Shown one piece after another: positions 30,290 through 41,500 of a DNA stretch of 64,000 nt. Under the pieces are notes generated by a model that had not been told where the DNA came from, searched no databases, and was given only the letters and a program-made list of their open reading frames with translations. Within the stretch, counting starts at the first letter, position 1. Every line of letters starts with the position of its first letter. The position numbers and the translations under genes were made by a program. The stretch covers positions 124,001 to 188,000 of IMG/VR virus record IMGVR_UViG_3300024262_006558. One strand, 5' to 3'.

Positions 30290-32677
30290 TTATATTAAAT
30301 TAAAGTTATCTATTTTTACTGTTGAAGTTGTTTGTACAGCATCAATCCCATTATTAAAACTAAGAGGGATTTTAGATGATACGCTAACTAAGTTTGGTTC
30401 CATTTTTATAGACCCAATAATTCCAGACCTAACTTCAACCACGTAAGCATTAGGTTTTAGGGCTAATGGCAGACCGCCATTGATGGAAACTAATGTTTTT
30501 TCTGCATATAAATTTGGAGGAGCTGAACGCTGAAATTCAGACCCTATATTTATCCCTTCTTTGTATACAAACTTTTGCCTATTAAAAACAGTGTTTTTAT
30601 ATATTGTTCCAGCCCCATTGAAAATAGTTGTAGCAGGAATAAATTGAAATAAATACTTATCAAACTGAACCTCTAGTACGTTAATGTAAGCTTCTAGCTT
30701 CCAAAAATTTAACCTGTTAGAAATATGTGTTGTACTTAAATAATACATCATATATAACTTCTTCAATTCTTGATAGTGAAAAGATGAGTGAGATTGATCT
30801 AGCGTTTTTCTATCTCTAGGATCCACTGAAACCGCATAAGCATAATCTATCCACTGAGAAAATGTCATACCAGATATTAATCCATAATCAATAGCATCAC
30901 AATTACTCGGCAACCACTCAAATGGTACATTTAAATTCTGAAAAGCAAATGTAGCCCCAGTAGTCCCCCATACCCAGCAAGTACCTGTAGATTTGTAATA
31001 TTCATACACATCACATTCAATTGCTGTGGAAGGGCTTAGGTTAATATCTAGCTCTTTAGTGTTCATTATGTTCTGAGTTCCAAAAAACTCAGAATTACCA
31101 GATTGTATTTTTACGTTATCAACTCTTTTAGTAGGGTCAAACTCTGGCCTCCATTGATTAATGTATTTCTGGCCATCACCCTTTCCTTCTCCCCCTTCTT
31201 GAAATTCATACTCAGTAGAATCGTAATTAATATATCCGTTATCATTAATTTTATCCAACTGAACATTTGAAGCGCTAGAGCCTTCTGAATTAACTAATGT
31301 TCTATTAATATCATAAACAAATTCATTAAGGTTAATAAGGCAGTCAGGGGCGCCAATCATTTTAAAAATGAACTGAAGAGCGTCTCTAGTCCCCTTTTTT
31401 TTATACATCCAAACAATGTTTATTAATAACCTTTTCCAGATTTCTATATTATATTGAGAAAGGGAGTTGCTTTCCTCCACATCACCGATCATATATTCAA
31501 ATAAATCAATTTCACTAAAACTATCAGCTAACTCCAAACCAAAAAGATTCCCTAATTTGCTCATAAATTTGTTAGGAACAGCCTCTACATCTTCATAATT
31601 AACAGTGTGAGCATATGCAATACCATCTATAAATTGTTTTAATTCATCAAATTGCCTTGCATAAGTTGCCACCATACCTTTATAGATGCCATCTTGATCA
31701 TTGTCTATATAATTCTCTGGTATCATAGTCCTAACCATGACATCAGTTTTGCACTCATCTATTTTTACAGCAGCTTTTAATATAGTATCAAGATATCCAG
31801 AAAATGGAGTCCCATATGTATCTGGATTAAAGCCATCTATAGTTTTTGGCCAAATAAATTTTTGATTAATATTAGTATTTGGATTTTGAACGCTTGGTAC
31901 TAAAAACTCACCTTTATTCAGCCATAACTGTTTTTCTAACCTAGAAAGTTGATTATAATAATTGTTAATTTTTTTCCTATTTGGCTTAACGTATACAGGG
32001 GCTTCGGATGTTTCTCCTAAAAAGCTTTCATCAAATAAATATCCCTCTATAGTAAACTCCATAAAAGAGGTATTACCTGTTGGAGGTATAAATTGATATG
32101 ATATTATCGTGTGATTAGTGGATGAACCGCTTTTCTGAATTGTGAAAGTGTTAAAATCTCTCACAAGGGATACGTCCTCAGTTCTTCCTGAATTTAGAAC
32201 TAGACCGCCCTGATTCGTAGTAGCGCTTACGGGTAGCCTAAATGTTGATACAGGTGACATCCCACTTATGTAAGACTCGTAATTAGACACAGTTGTACCA
32301 GTGCCATTATCATAAGTTAATATTCCATATGGGAAATTATTTATGATATTATTTATCGCCTCACCTACGCCAACGTAAAAAGAGCTGAAGTAAGAATAAC
32401 TAAGAGGATCACTCTTTCTTAGTTTTAATTCTTTATTGGTCACTGATGTACTTATCGGTGGAGTCCAATCTTTTACATTCATTCTCTCTAATGTGGAAAA
32501 AGAATTAAATTGTAATGACCTAGTAGAACCCGTTACATCCGATGGATCCGCACTATCGAAACTAAAGTCTCCAAAGGTGAAAATCGATGGTGTATTGGTC
32601 GTCGGAGTTCTTTTGTCTTCCCCTGGCTTTGTAAAAACCGATAAAGTACGTCCCGTATCTGCGTCTATTATCTTCAT
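30290..32677 (-). CDS. Baseplate wedge / P2 gpI-like tail protein
   Basis: VPNKFMSKLGNLFGL...WMYKKKGTRDALQFIFKMIG...IPATT. Confidence 0.7.
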   Translation of the reverse strand: MKIIDADTGRTLSVFTKPGEDKRTPTTNTPSIFTFGDFSFDSADPSDVTGSTRSLQFNSFSTLERMNVKDWTPPISTSVTNKELKLRKSDPLSYSYFSSFYVGVGEAINNIINNFPYGILTYDNGTGTTVSNYESYISGMSPVSTFRLPVSATTNQGGLVLNSGRTEDVSLVRDFNTFTIQKSGSSTNHTIISYQFIPPTGNTSFMEFTIEGYLFDESFLGETSEAPVYVKPNRKKINNYYNQLSRLEKQLWLNKGEFLVPSVQNPNTNINQKFIWPKTIDGFNPDTYGTPFSGYLDTILKAAVKIDECKTDVMVRTMIPENYIDNDQDGIYKGMVATYARQFDELKQFIDGIAYAHTVNYEDVEAVPNKFMSKLGNLFGLELADSFSEIDLFEYMIGDVEESNSLSQYNIEIWKRLLINIVWMYKKKGTRDALQFIFKMIGAPDCLINLNEFVYDINRTLVNSEGSSASNVQLDKINDNGYINYDSTEYEFQEGGEGKGDGQKYINQWRPEFDPTKRVDNVKIQSGNSEFFGTQNIMNTKELDINLSPSTAIECDVYEYYKSTGTCWVWGTTGATFAFQNLNVPFEWLPSNCDAIDYGLISGMTFSQWIDYAYAVSVDPRDRKTLDQSHSSFHYQELKKLYMMYYLSTTHISNRLNFWKLEAYINVLEVQFDKYLFQFIPATTIFNGAGTIYKNTVFNRQKFVYKEGINIGSEFQRSAPPNLYAEKTLVSINGGLPLALKPNAYVVEVRSGIIGSIKMEPNLVSVSSKIPLSFNNGIDAVQTTSTVKIDNFNLI

Positions 32678-32685
32678 AATCCTTT

Positions 32686-32692
32686 ATAAATA
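32686..32692 (-). promoter_or_regulatory. Putative late promoter TATTTAT (divergent pair, left)
   Basis: 8 nt from start 32677. Confidence 0.6.
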
Positions 32693-32747
32693 TTACTCTA
32701 AAATAAAAGGAATGTAAATAATCACCTGTATTATTTTTTTTCGAAAA

Positions 32748-32754
32748 TATTTAT
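32748..32754 (+). promoter_or_regulatory. Putative late promoter TATTTAT (divergent pair, right)
   Basis: Upstream of 32802. Confidence 0.55.
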
Positions 32755-32801
32755 TTTAAGAAAATCATTGAGTAGATTTTAAAAGGTAAACAATATATAA
32801 C

Positions 32802-34826
32802 ATGAGTGGATTTCTCCCGAAAGAACCTAGCACGTTTATAAACATAAAATTAACAGACGCTGGAAGGCGTCTTTTATCCCTTGGAGCACTAAGGTTTGAT
32901 AAAGCAGCTTTCTCAGATAGAGAGATAGATTACTCCCTGGAAAGGACAGGTCAAGTCGACTTATCTGCGAATAGAGTAATGTCCCCTAAGGACGATGAAC
33001 CTACTTTTACTAACCTTGATGGAAGTGATTACATCCCTCTTGGAACTCAACAAGTAAGTTCAGTAAAACAATATTCAACAGCATATACGCAGTCAGTAGG
33101 ATTCTTCAGCGGCACAACCAATGAATATTCTTATGACACATCAAGTCAAATTGGGAAATTAAGAATTAGCTATTCTGCAGCAACTGGATCCCCAGACGGG
33201 ACCAATTCAATAGGGTATGAAACAGCAACTTCCACCCCTCAGGTTGGAATGTTGCTATATATTCCATGGGAACCAATACAGAATAGTGGAAAAACTTATG
33301 TTGATAACAATATAATAACTTCAGCTAACCCAACAAACAATCTTTGGTATAGAATTGTATCAGCTGACACGGGCAGTAATACACTTTACACAGATAGGCC
33401 CACTCCTAATTTTGGAGGAACGTTAACAGATCAATCTATAAACGCATATCTATATCCATTTAATGGAGTTGAAAGCTATTATGGATCCGCAGCCACCGTA
33501 AATACTCAAGTGTGGAATATGAATATTACTAGAACTAGTAATGTGATAGGGACTGATAATACTATCAGCGGATACACTACTTATGGATCAGTAGAGTATG
33601 CAGGTTTTAAAACTTATTTAGGTTTTTCTTCCGACACAAGAGCTATAGGTATAATACATTATACTAACGAGTTTACTGGAAACACTTATGCTGAACAATT
33701 GATTGAAGGTACTGTAGAGTTGAAAATACCTAATATCATGTGGCATTTAACTCCAGCTGACGCTGGAAAAGCTATGGTGAATGATCTTACTCTTTATGAT
33801 ATTGCGGGAGATTCTATTTTTGACTCATCCGCTAATACTAATTTTAAAGAATTAAGAGATGGGACATCACTTAGTAACAATGTGATTGGTAGAGTATACC
33901 ATAAGCTTAAAATGTTTGTGATAACTGATCCAGAATTACTAGCAGCATTGACTTATAAATCAAATAGATCTTATACACTACCTGATCCAGAGGTTAGATT
34001 TTCCCCATCCCCTAAATTCCCTCTATTAACATCAGAGGCGAACGGATTAGTTAAAGATGGAAAAACTTACTTTGTAACATATGAAGTAGACAGTGATAGA
34101 ATAAGCTCTTCTGGAGTAACTTATGGTTACCCTAAACCTCTTCATAGCAATTACGTAAAAAAAATAGTTGGAGAAGCGGATAGAAATGGTGAAGATCAAT
34201 TTTTAGTAGTGGATTTTCCTAGAAACAGTTTTCCTTTCATGAGAAACTCTGAAGGTATGACTACTTATTCTGGAACAGGCTGGAATGCCAATAGAGTTCA
34301 AATATTAGTTAGCGAAACAGATACTAGTCTTGACTATAATATTGGAACAGTTCCAAGCGATAGTTGGAAATTAGTTTCTTCTGGATCTTCAGGAAACGGA
34401 GTTTACATAGGAGAGCCTTCTGATAACACTATAGATCCTTTAAAATTACAAGGTTATCAATTCGTGATATCTCAAGAAGATTACAATAGTGGAAGCACAT
34501 ATGTTTTGGACAATGTTTTCCATGAGGAAAACAACGTTGATGATGACGGTCTTACGTTTGGAAGTGAATCTTTCTTTTTTGGAAATATTTCTACAGGCAT
34601 TAAAGCAACTACATACAAAACAATAATAACAGTATTAGCGGACAACACAAGGTTTAATTCATCAAACAATCCAACATTTGTACCTTTAGAAAATCAATCT
34701 GTCTACATAACGGAAGTGGGTATATTTGACTCTAGTAATCAATTGGTTGCGTCAGGTAAGTCAACATATCCGTTAAAAAAAGATAATGGAAGATTTCTTG
34801 GAGTTCAGTTGGAAATAGATTTTTAA
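32802..34826 (+). CDS. Baseplate/tail-collar-fibre family structural protein
   Basis: N-terminal KLTDAGRRLLSLG..F..AFSDREIDY and C-terminal YITEVGIFD..QLVA.GK..PLKK. Confidence 0.7.
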   Translation: MSGFLPKEPSTFINIKLTDAGRRLLSLGALRFDKAAFSDREIDYSLERTGQVDLSANRVMSPKDDEPTFTNLDGSDYIPLGTQQVSSVKQYSTAYTQSVGFFSGTTNEYSYDTSSQIGKLRISYSAATGSPDGTNSIGYETATSTPQVGMLLYIPWEPIQNSGKTYVDNNIITSANPTNNLWYRIVSADTGSNTLYTDRPTPNFGGTLTDQSINAYLYPFNGVESYYGSAATVNTQVWNMNITRTSNVIGTDNTISGYTTYGSVEYAGFKTYLGFSSDTRAIGIIHYTNEFTGNTYAEQLIEGTVELKIPNIMWHLTPADAGKAMVNDLTLYDIAGDSIFDSSANTNFKELRDGTSLSNNVIGRVYHKLKMFVITDPELLAALTYKSNRSYTLPDPEVRFSPSPKFPLLTSEANGLVKDGKTYFVTYEVDSDRISSSGVTYGYPKPLHSNYVKKIVGEADRNGEDQFLVVDFPRNSFPFMRNSEGMTTYSGTGWNANRVQILVSETDTSLDYNIGTVPSDSWKLVSSGSSGNGVYIGEPSDNTIDPLKLQGYQFVISQEDYNSGSTYVLDNVFHEENNVDDDGLTFGSESFFFGNISTGIKATTYKTIITVLADNTRFNSSNNPTFVPLENQSVYITEVGIFDSSNQLVASGKSTYPLKKDNGRFLGVQLEIDF

Positions 34827-34827
34827 A

Positions 34828-34834
34828 TATTTAT
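34828..34834 (+). promoter_or_regulatory. Putative late promoter TATTTAT
   Basis: 18 nt upstream of 34853. Confidence 0.6.
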
Positions 34835-34852
34835 AATAAACAAAATAATAAA

Positions 34853-35230
34853 ATGGCAAGAGTACCATCAGGAAGTTCAATATATTCCATAGCTTATCTA
34901 ACTGAAACAGGTAGAAAATACTTATTCGGAAAAGACGGGGCTGGAACACCGATTAGATTTAATGCGGACGGTAGCGATAATTTTGAAATTAGAAGCTTCG
35001 CCCTTTATGATAGCGATAGAAACTATCAGACCACAGCCCTTTTAGAGGCTGGTGATTTGCCAGATATGGCAGGTACGAGTGATAACACGTGTCTTAAAAC
35101 TTCCGCTGATGCTAGTGGGAGAATGAAAGTAGGATTCAAAGGAGCAATCCCAGTAACAGCACAGGCTGGTGTCGTGATTGAATATACTGTCTCCGTAAAC
35201 CCGCTAGTTATCGATATTAATAGTATATAA
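34853..35230 (+). CDS. Structural protein, paralog of the N-terminus of 32802
   Basis: YLTETGRKYL...FEIRSFALYDSDRNY. Confidence 0.65.
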   Translation: MARVPSGSSIYSIAYLTETGRKYLFGKDGAGTPIRFNADGSDNFEIRSFALYDSDRNYQTTALLEAGDLPDMAGTSDNTCLKTSADASGRMKVGFKGAIPVTAQAGVVIEYTVSVNPLVIDINSI

Positions 35231-35241
35231 AAAAATAAGAA

Positions 35242-36354
35242 ATGGCTAACGAATATTTTAAAGCAGTAGAAACCCCTGTATCAACCAGGCAAGAAGTACA
35301 TACACTAAAGACAGTTAATGGAAGTGATCTGACTTATACTATGTGCGACAGAACTGATACATCAAGCAAAGAAGCTAATTACTTCTCATCATTTAATTTA
35401 CCATATCAAGCTAGTCAGCTATTAAGCGGGGGAACTTTCTCAAGAACTAAGCCAGAATTATTTCAACTGAATGTTGATCAAATTGTAATTTGTAATATTC
35501 CAAAAGAGTACTACAATGACATCATTGATGGTAGATCTGTAACTTTCACAGTGCCACAGTATAGTGGAGCTACAAGCGCTGGGACAATTTCAGCAAAAAC
35601 AATGGTTTCTACCACATATACTAATTCAGTAAAGAAGCAGGAAAATGAACTTTTAGGCACAAATGTGTCTTTCTTATTTTCTGATGAAATAAATCCACCA
35701 TTCACAGGGACTACTCAGCAAGGAACTTATTCCAAAGCAAGTACAGCAACTTGGAACCCTGGCCCTAGTTATATTAATAGGCCTCCAGCGGCTAGCTATA
35801 GCGAACTGGAGAGCAGTGACATAAACACAGATACAAGACCTTTCTCAAGCGTAAACTTAGCAGTTTCAGTAACTGAAAATTACCCAACTTTAACAAATCA
35901 AGGGTATAATTATGACGTGCCAGTAGGATTTGTTTCTTTGGATAAAGGTTGGTTAATTATTACCCATCCTGACGTTATAAACAATATACCATGGGACTTA
36001 GGCTTAACATCTCCTTCTGGTTTAGCAAATACAGCAGCAACCACTTCCGATATTTACTTCACAGATGATACTAAGTCGACAGTTCAATTTGTTGATATTA
36101 GAATTGACTTTAAAACATCTGTTGTTGCACTTGTTTTTCCTAAAGAATTTTTCTTTACAACTAACCCTTCTTGGGATCAAGAAAAGAATTACCAAGAACA
36201 ACAAAATGGAACATTTGGCTATGACGCTGTAGCTATCTCTGAAATAGGATTATATAACGCTACTGAAGAGTTAATTGCTATTGCAAAGTTAGATAGACCT
36301 CTTGAAAAACAATATAATGATTTAATTACATTCACTTTAGACATTAACGTATAA
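35242..36354 (+). CDS. Structural protein, paralog of the C-terminus of 32802
   Basis: FFFTTNPSW...ISEIGLYN..ELIAIAKLDRPLEK. Confidence 0.7.
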   Translation: MANEYFKAVETPVSTRQEVHTLKTVNGSDLTYTMCDRTDTSSKEANYFSSFNLPYQASQLLSGGTFSRTKPELFQLNVDQIVICNIPKEYYNDIIDGRSVTFTVPQYSGATSAGTISAKTMVSTTYTNSVKKQENELLGTNVSFLFSDEINPPFTGTTQQGTYSKASTATWNPGPSYINRPPAASYSELESSDINTDTRPFSSVNLAVSVTENYPTLTNQGYNYDVPVGFVSLDKGWLIITHPDVINNIPWDLGLTSPSGLANTAATTSDIYFTDDTKSTVQFVDIRIDFKTSVVALVFPKEFFFTTNPSWDQEKNYQEQQNGTFGYDAVAISEIGLYNATEELIAIAKLDRPLEKQYNDLITFTLDINV

Positions 36355-36857
36355 TGGCAGTTATAACAAATCCAAACCCAACAACTAACTCTTTAGCAAA
36401 AAAGATAGATTTTGACACATTAATTAATAGCATGAATCTGAATCCAGATGAAAAATATTATGTTAATGGGCCATTTATTAACGGAAATATTATTTCTAAA
36501 AAATTCGGAAACGGATCACAGGGCGTAGTAGAACTTTCTTCAAGGCACTTTCTTCACTTTTACCTTCCTCAATACTCAACTAACGCTCAGTCTATATCTA
36601 TAGTCCCAGCTAAGTATGCAGAAGGTTATTATAATATTGCTCAAGATTTCACAGCAAGCAATCAATTGGACCAAATATTTTCTTCAAGCTTTACTCAAAC
36701 ATGGAGACAAGATGCAATTGCTAAAATTAAGGAAATAGGCATAATTGAAGATGGTGTTGCAAAGCTTAATATTTCTTGGAGTGTATACGGTATTGATACA
36801 AACAAAGCTGAAGTAGCTAAAACGTTTACAATACAATACACGGTTCCTGCAAATTAA
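36354..36857 (+). CDS. Hypothetical protein at end of tail operon
   Basis: 167 aa, TAATG-coupled. Confidence 0.55.
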   Translation: MAVITNPNPTTNSLAKKIDFDTLINSMNLNPDEKYYVNGPFINGNIISKKFGNGSQGVVELSSRHFLHFYLPQYSTNAQSISIVPAKYAEGYYNIAQDFTASNQLDQIFSSSFTQTWRQDAIAKIKEIGIIEDGVAKLNISWSVYGIDTNKAEVAKTFTIQYTVPAN

Positions 36858-36877
36858 AATAATTTAAAAACATTTTT

Positions 36878-36916
36878 AGATCGGGTGAAAATACTTTATT
36901 TTCATCCGATCTTTTT
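36878..36916 (+). terminator. Long hairpin/terminator ending the tail operon
   Basis: AGATCGGGTGAAAATA-CTT-TATTTTCATCCGATCT followed by a T run. Confidence 0.75.
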
Positions 36917-36929
36917 ATATAATTCTATT

Positions 36930-37487
36930 ATGATTATAGGATTAGACATATCAACTAGCGTTGTTGGAATAGCTTGCTTTTCTAATGAAGGAAAATTGCT
37001 AAAGCTTCACTGTGTAAATTTAAAAAGCACAAAATTTAAAGACAGCTTTGACAAGCTTGCTAGGATTCAGGAAGAAATGGAGATTTATAGAATCGCTCAC
37101 GAATCTGGAGAAAGCCCAATAACTTCTATAGCAATTGAAGAGCCTATGCAAAAAATGCAAGGTAAAAATTCAAGCGCATATACAATCGCTATACTAAATT
37201 TCTTTAACGGAATGGTTAGTGGATACCTTCATAAAGCATTTGGAATCAAGCCAGTACATTACAATGTAACTTCTGCTAGGAAATTATCTTTTCCAGACAT
37301 TAAATTAAGACAAGGTAGTCAAAAGCACCAGGTTCTTGAAAAAGTCATGGAAAACGAGCCTAAGATCAATTGGAAATATTCAAAAAGAACTGGTAAGATA
37401 GATCAAACATGTTATGATATGGCTGATGCTTACGTTATCGGAATGACTGATTTCTTAGTTAGAAAAAAGAGAGAGGAAAATAGTTAA
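36930..37487 (+). CDS. RuvC-like Holliday junction resolvase
   Basis: MIIGLDISTSVVG, IAIEEP and YDMADAYVIG. Start moved from the GTG inside the hairpin to ATG 36930. Confidence 0.85.
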   Translation: MIIGLDISTSVVGIACFSNEGKLLKLHCVNLKSTKFKDSFDKLARIQEEMEIYRIAHESGESPITSIAIEEPMQKMQGKNSSAYTIAILNFFNGMVSGYLHKAFGIKPVHYNVTSARKLSFPDIKLRQGSQKHQVLEKVMENEPKINWKYSKRTGKIDQTCYDMADAYVIGMTDFLVRKKREENS

Positions 37488-37514
37488 TTTTTGTTTTTTT
37501 TTATTTTTTTATAG

Positions 37515-37546
37515 AGGAAGGCTTTTTTTAAAGTCTTCCTTTTTTT
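37515..37546 (+). terminator. Intrinsic terminator
   Basis: AGGAAGGCTTT...AAAGTCTTCCT hairpin followed by a T run. Confidence 0.6.
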
Positions 37547-37553
37547 ATATTTG
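37546..37553 (+). promoter_or_regulatory. Bacteroidota-type -7 promoter box TATATTTG upstream of primase
   Basis: Matches the TAnnTTTG consensus, 20 nt before ATG 37574. Confidence 0.5.
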
Positions 37554-37573
37554 CGCTAGAAGTATTTCAAAAA

Positions 37574-38542
37574 ATGACTGAAAAAGATCAAATCGTCCTC
37601 TCCATAGTAGTCAGTGTTCTAGGTGAACATAGGAGGACGAGTGAAGATAATGCTCAAAAGTATTTTAACTGTCGCAGTAAAAAATGCATGCATGATAGAG
37701 ATAAGTTTAATTTATCATACAATGCTGATTCTAAAATTTTTAGATGTTGGAAATGCGAAGTAAGAGGAAGCGTTCACACTTTAACTAGAATGTTTGGGGG
37801 AACAAATGATGTTGAAAAACTTAAATTAATACTTCCTTATATAGAGCCTAGAGTCAGCTTATTTGCTAAGCCTAAAATAGACTATGATTCACTTGTTTGC
37901 GATCTTCCTAGCGAATACAAACCTCTTGTAGTTCCGCAAGATTCATTTAAGTATAGAAACGCTCTAGATTACGTTATGAACGTTAGAAAGGTTTCTATGG
38001 AGCAGATCGATAAATATAATATTGGATATACTGAGGATGGGCCTAAGAAATTAAGAATAATAATACCTTCATATAATGTTAGAGGTAATGTGAATTATTT
38101 TGAAGCTAGAGCCTATTTTGATAAGTTAAATCAAACTTACATGAAACCAGATTTCCCAGATAAAGATGACATCATATTTAATGAGAAATTCATAAACTGG
38201 GATCTACCAATATTTTTGGTAGAAGGAGTTTTCGATGCATTAAGATTGCCCAACGCTATCCCAATACTCGGAAAGCATGTTCCATCTTATTTAGTGGCTA
38301 AACTTATGAAGTATAAGCCTAGAATTATATTATGTCTAGATGAAGACGCTGTTACTAAGGCGGAGGAAATATATAACACTCTTTCATCTTTAGGTTTTGA
38401 TGTTTATTTTATAGACATGACAGGTAAAGGTGATGTTTCTAAAATATACGAAGATCAAGGGGTTAATGGGATAAAATGTTTATTATCCTCAATAAGAAAA
38501 CTTACTTTTGAGTTTTTTATAGCAAAAAAATTAAAATTATGA
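37574..38542 (+). CDS. DNA primase (Zn-binding + TOPRIM)
   Basis: C..C and FRCWKC Zn ligands, IIIPSY..YFEAR, LVEGVFDAL and LCLDED. Confidence 0.9.
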   Translation: MTEKDQIVLSIVVSVLGEHRRTSEDNAQKYFNCRSKKCMHDRDKFNLSYNADSKIFRCWKCEVRGSVHTLTRMFGGTNDVEKLKLILPYIEPRVSLFAKPKIDYDSLVCDLPSEYKPLVVPQDSFKYRNALDYVMNVRKVSMEQIDKYNIGYTEDGPKKLRIIIPSYNVRGNVNYFEARAYFDKLNQTYMKPDFPDKDDIIFNEKFINWDLPIFLVEGVFDALRLPNAIPILGKHVPSYLVAKLMKYKPRIILCLDEDAVTKAEEIYNTLSSLGFDVYFIDMTGKGDVSKIYEDQGVNGIKCLLSSIRKLTFEFFIAKKLKL

Positions 38543-41500
38543 GCAAGATAGCGCATTTAGCAGATATTCAAATTAGATTAGGAAGCCGACATCAAGAATA
38601 CAGACAAGTCTTTGAAAGAACTTACGAGGATTTGAAGATGCAGAAACCTAAGCGAATATACCTTGCTGGAGATATAAATCACAACAAAGCTGACATGTCT
38701 CCAAATGGAATAGATTTACTAGCTGAATTCTTTAGAGAACTTTCAAAAATTGCTCCAGTAGATGTTATCCCAGGTAATCATGATGTTAATCTAGCTCAAA
38801 TAGCTCAAGGAGACTCTTTGCAGAGCATTATACAATTGATGGATAACGGTAAAGTAGTTACAAACAATAATAAAAAAGATTTTGAAGGTAGTTTCTATGA
38901 AAAGGAAAATGGTAAATATCAAGTTTACTATTACCCTGAAAGCGGATTATACAATATCGACGAAGAGATAGTCTATGGACATTTTTCTTGTTTAGATAAT
39001 GAATTAATCACAATTAAAAGGAAAGATCCAAATAAAAAATACATTGCTTTCTACCATGGAGCCGTTCATGGTAGCATGAATGACAATGGGTATCAGAATA
39101 ATGATCCATCATTATATAGTGTCAGCGTCTTTAATGATTTTGATATGGTTATGATGGGTGACATACACGAGCATCAGGCTTTTAGAGATGATTTCAGCAT
39201 GGCTTATGCTGGCAGTTTAATTCAGCAGGGTTATGGGGAAGGGATTGAAAAAGGATACCTTATATGGGATCTGGATACGAATCAGTTTAGAAACCAATAT
39301 ATACTTAATGATTTTGGATGGGCCAAGGTCACAATCAGTCAAGGTGAGTCATGGGAAGATAGGTTGGAGTTTGTAAAATTCAGTAATAACAAGAAAAAGA
39401 CTAAGATTTATGTAGAGTGGGAAGATTTTGAGGAAAATATCTCAGTAGAGAAAAGTAATCAAATAATGAAATACATAAAATCTACTTATGGATGTGAAGT
39501 AGTTAATGTAATCCCTAAAACAATATATAAAAACACGCAACTGCAGTTAGATAGCGATAAATCTAAAGAGTTGATGAAACGCCAGGATATAGATATTTTC
39601 AAAGATTATTTGATTGAAAACAAATCTACATTCGACTATACTGATGATCTCTTTGACGAGTTATTAAAACTCTTCAAAGAAGTGGATACAACTTTAGAAA
39701 TAAAAGATAGAGAGTTTAGGGAGATATTATGGGACGTTAAAGAATTACAGGTTTCAAATCTGTTTTCATACCCATCAACCCCTAAGACATTTAACTTTGA
39801 TGACCTAGCAGGTATAACAGGTATATTCGGGGAAAACTATTGCGGTAAAACAAATATGATCAAATGCTTGGTATGGGTTCTTTTCCAACAAATATTAGAT
39901 GGTGGAGACACTAAAAAGCTAGTAAACATATACACTGAAAGCGACAGAGGGTGGGCTCAAGCAATTGTTACTATCGATGGATCTTTGTATAAGATATATA
40001 GAGAAGTGACTAATAGAGTCATCGCAAAAGGGAAGAAAGAAGGGGAGATAGACACTAAATATAAAACTAAATTTGAAATATGGAACGAAGATAAAGAGGA
40101 GTGGGAAGATGAGGTAAATGACAAGAAAACAAATGAGCAAAAAGCCGTCAAAGAACTTATTGAAAATTCACTAGGAGAATACAAAGATTTTACGAAAACA
40201 TCCCTTCAATCTCAAAGCGGTCAAGAGAACTACATCAACGCGGATCAGCAGCAGAGAAATACGCTTATTAGAAAGTTTATGGATCTTGAAAGTTATGATG
40301 ATAGATATAACTTTATTAATGATAGCAAGATGAAAGCTATTCTTAAAAAAAGAAAAGAACTAGGAGATCTTGAAGAGCTTCATGACAAAATAAAAGAAAT
40401 AGATGATGCGGTAGCTGAAGAGAATAAGAAACTAACTCAACTGAATTCTGAAAAATCTAAAGCGAATGATTCTCTAGAAGAAATAAACTCTAAAATACTA
40501 GATCTTACTGGAAAATTAGAAAAGGTTCAGCCTACTATTGAAAACAGTGTGGGCACAATCAATGAGAAACTAACTAAAGAAAGAACACTATTCAAACAAA
40601 ATGGAGCAGAATACAAAGAGCTAGACGCGTGGTTAAGTGAAAATCTGAAGAGAGAGATGTCGGAGAATATCTCTGAAAGCGCAAGTGATCTTAGTCAATC
40701 GATTGCAAACATAAATGTAAAGTTCAAGACAGGGAAAGAAGAGTATCAGGGAATAAACGCTTGGCTAAAGGAGTTTTCTAAGATTACACCTGAGGATCCA
40801 AAGCCAATTCAAGCATTACTAGAAGATGGTAGAGCAAAGGAAAAAGAATTACGAGACCTCATAGCTACATATTTAGGCAAAGAATGCCCTACTTGTGGAA
40901 CTGTAAGTAAAAAGCCTCAACCTGACAAAGAGAAGGGGTGTGTGGAAAAAATTTCCATTATTATAGATGAGAGATCTGTCTTGGAAAATAAACTTTCCAC
41001 CATCGATAGTTTAATTAAAAGGAATGCTACTTTTGATCAGAAATCGTTAAGACTTTCTGAGCTTAAGAACTCTTTACTTGAAATGAAAACTTTGAAAGAG
41101 GAATGTGTTCGTAAATTAGAAGTCTTGGAGAAATCTAGAGACATTCTAGAGCACAATTCCATGGTTGATGAGAAGAATAAAAGAAGAAGCGTGTTAAAAC
41201 AGCTTTTAGAATCATCTAAGAATCAAATCGAAGAATGGAAGAAGATGATAGTGACCGTGCAAGACAATCAAGTTCATATAGAAAAGAATGCTAAGATTCA
41301 AAGCGAGATATCTAAATTGAAAGAAATTTATATCGATAGTAAAGAGTTGCATGATAGTTTAGGTAGACAAATCAGCTTGACTTTAGGGGATATAACTTTC
41401 CAAGAAAAAAACTCTAAACAATTTGAAGATAAACTAAAAGAAATTAAGAATTGTGATTTAGATTTCAAGAAATATTCTATATTCTTACAAGCTGTACACA

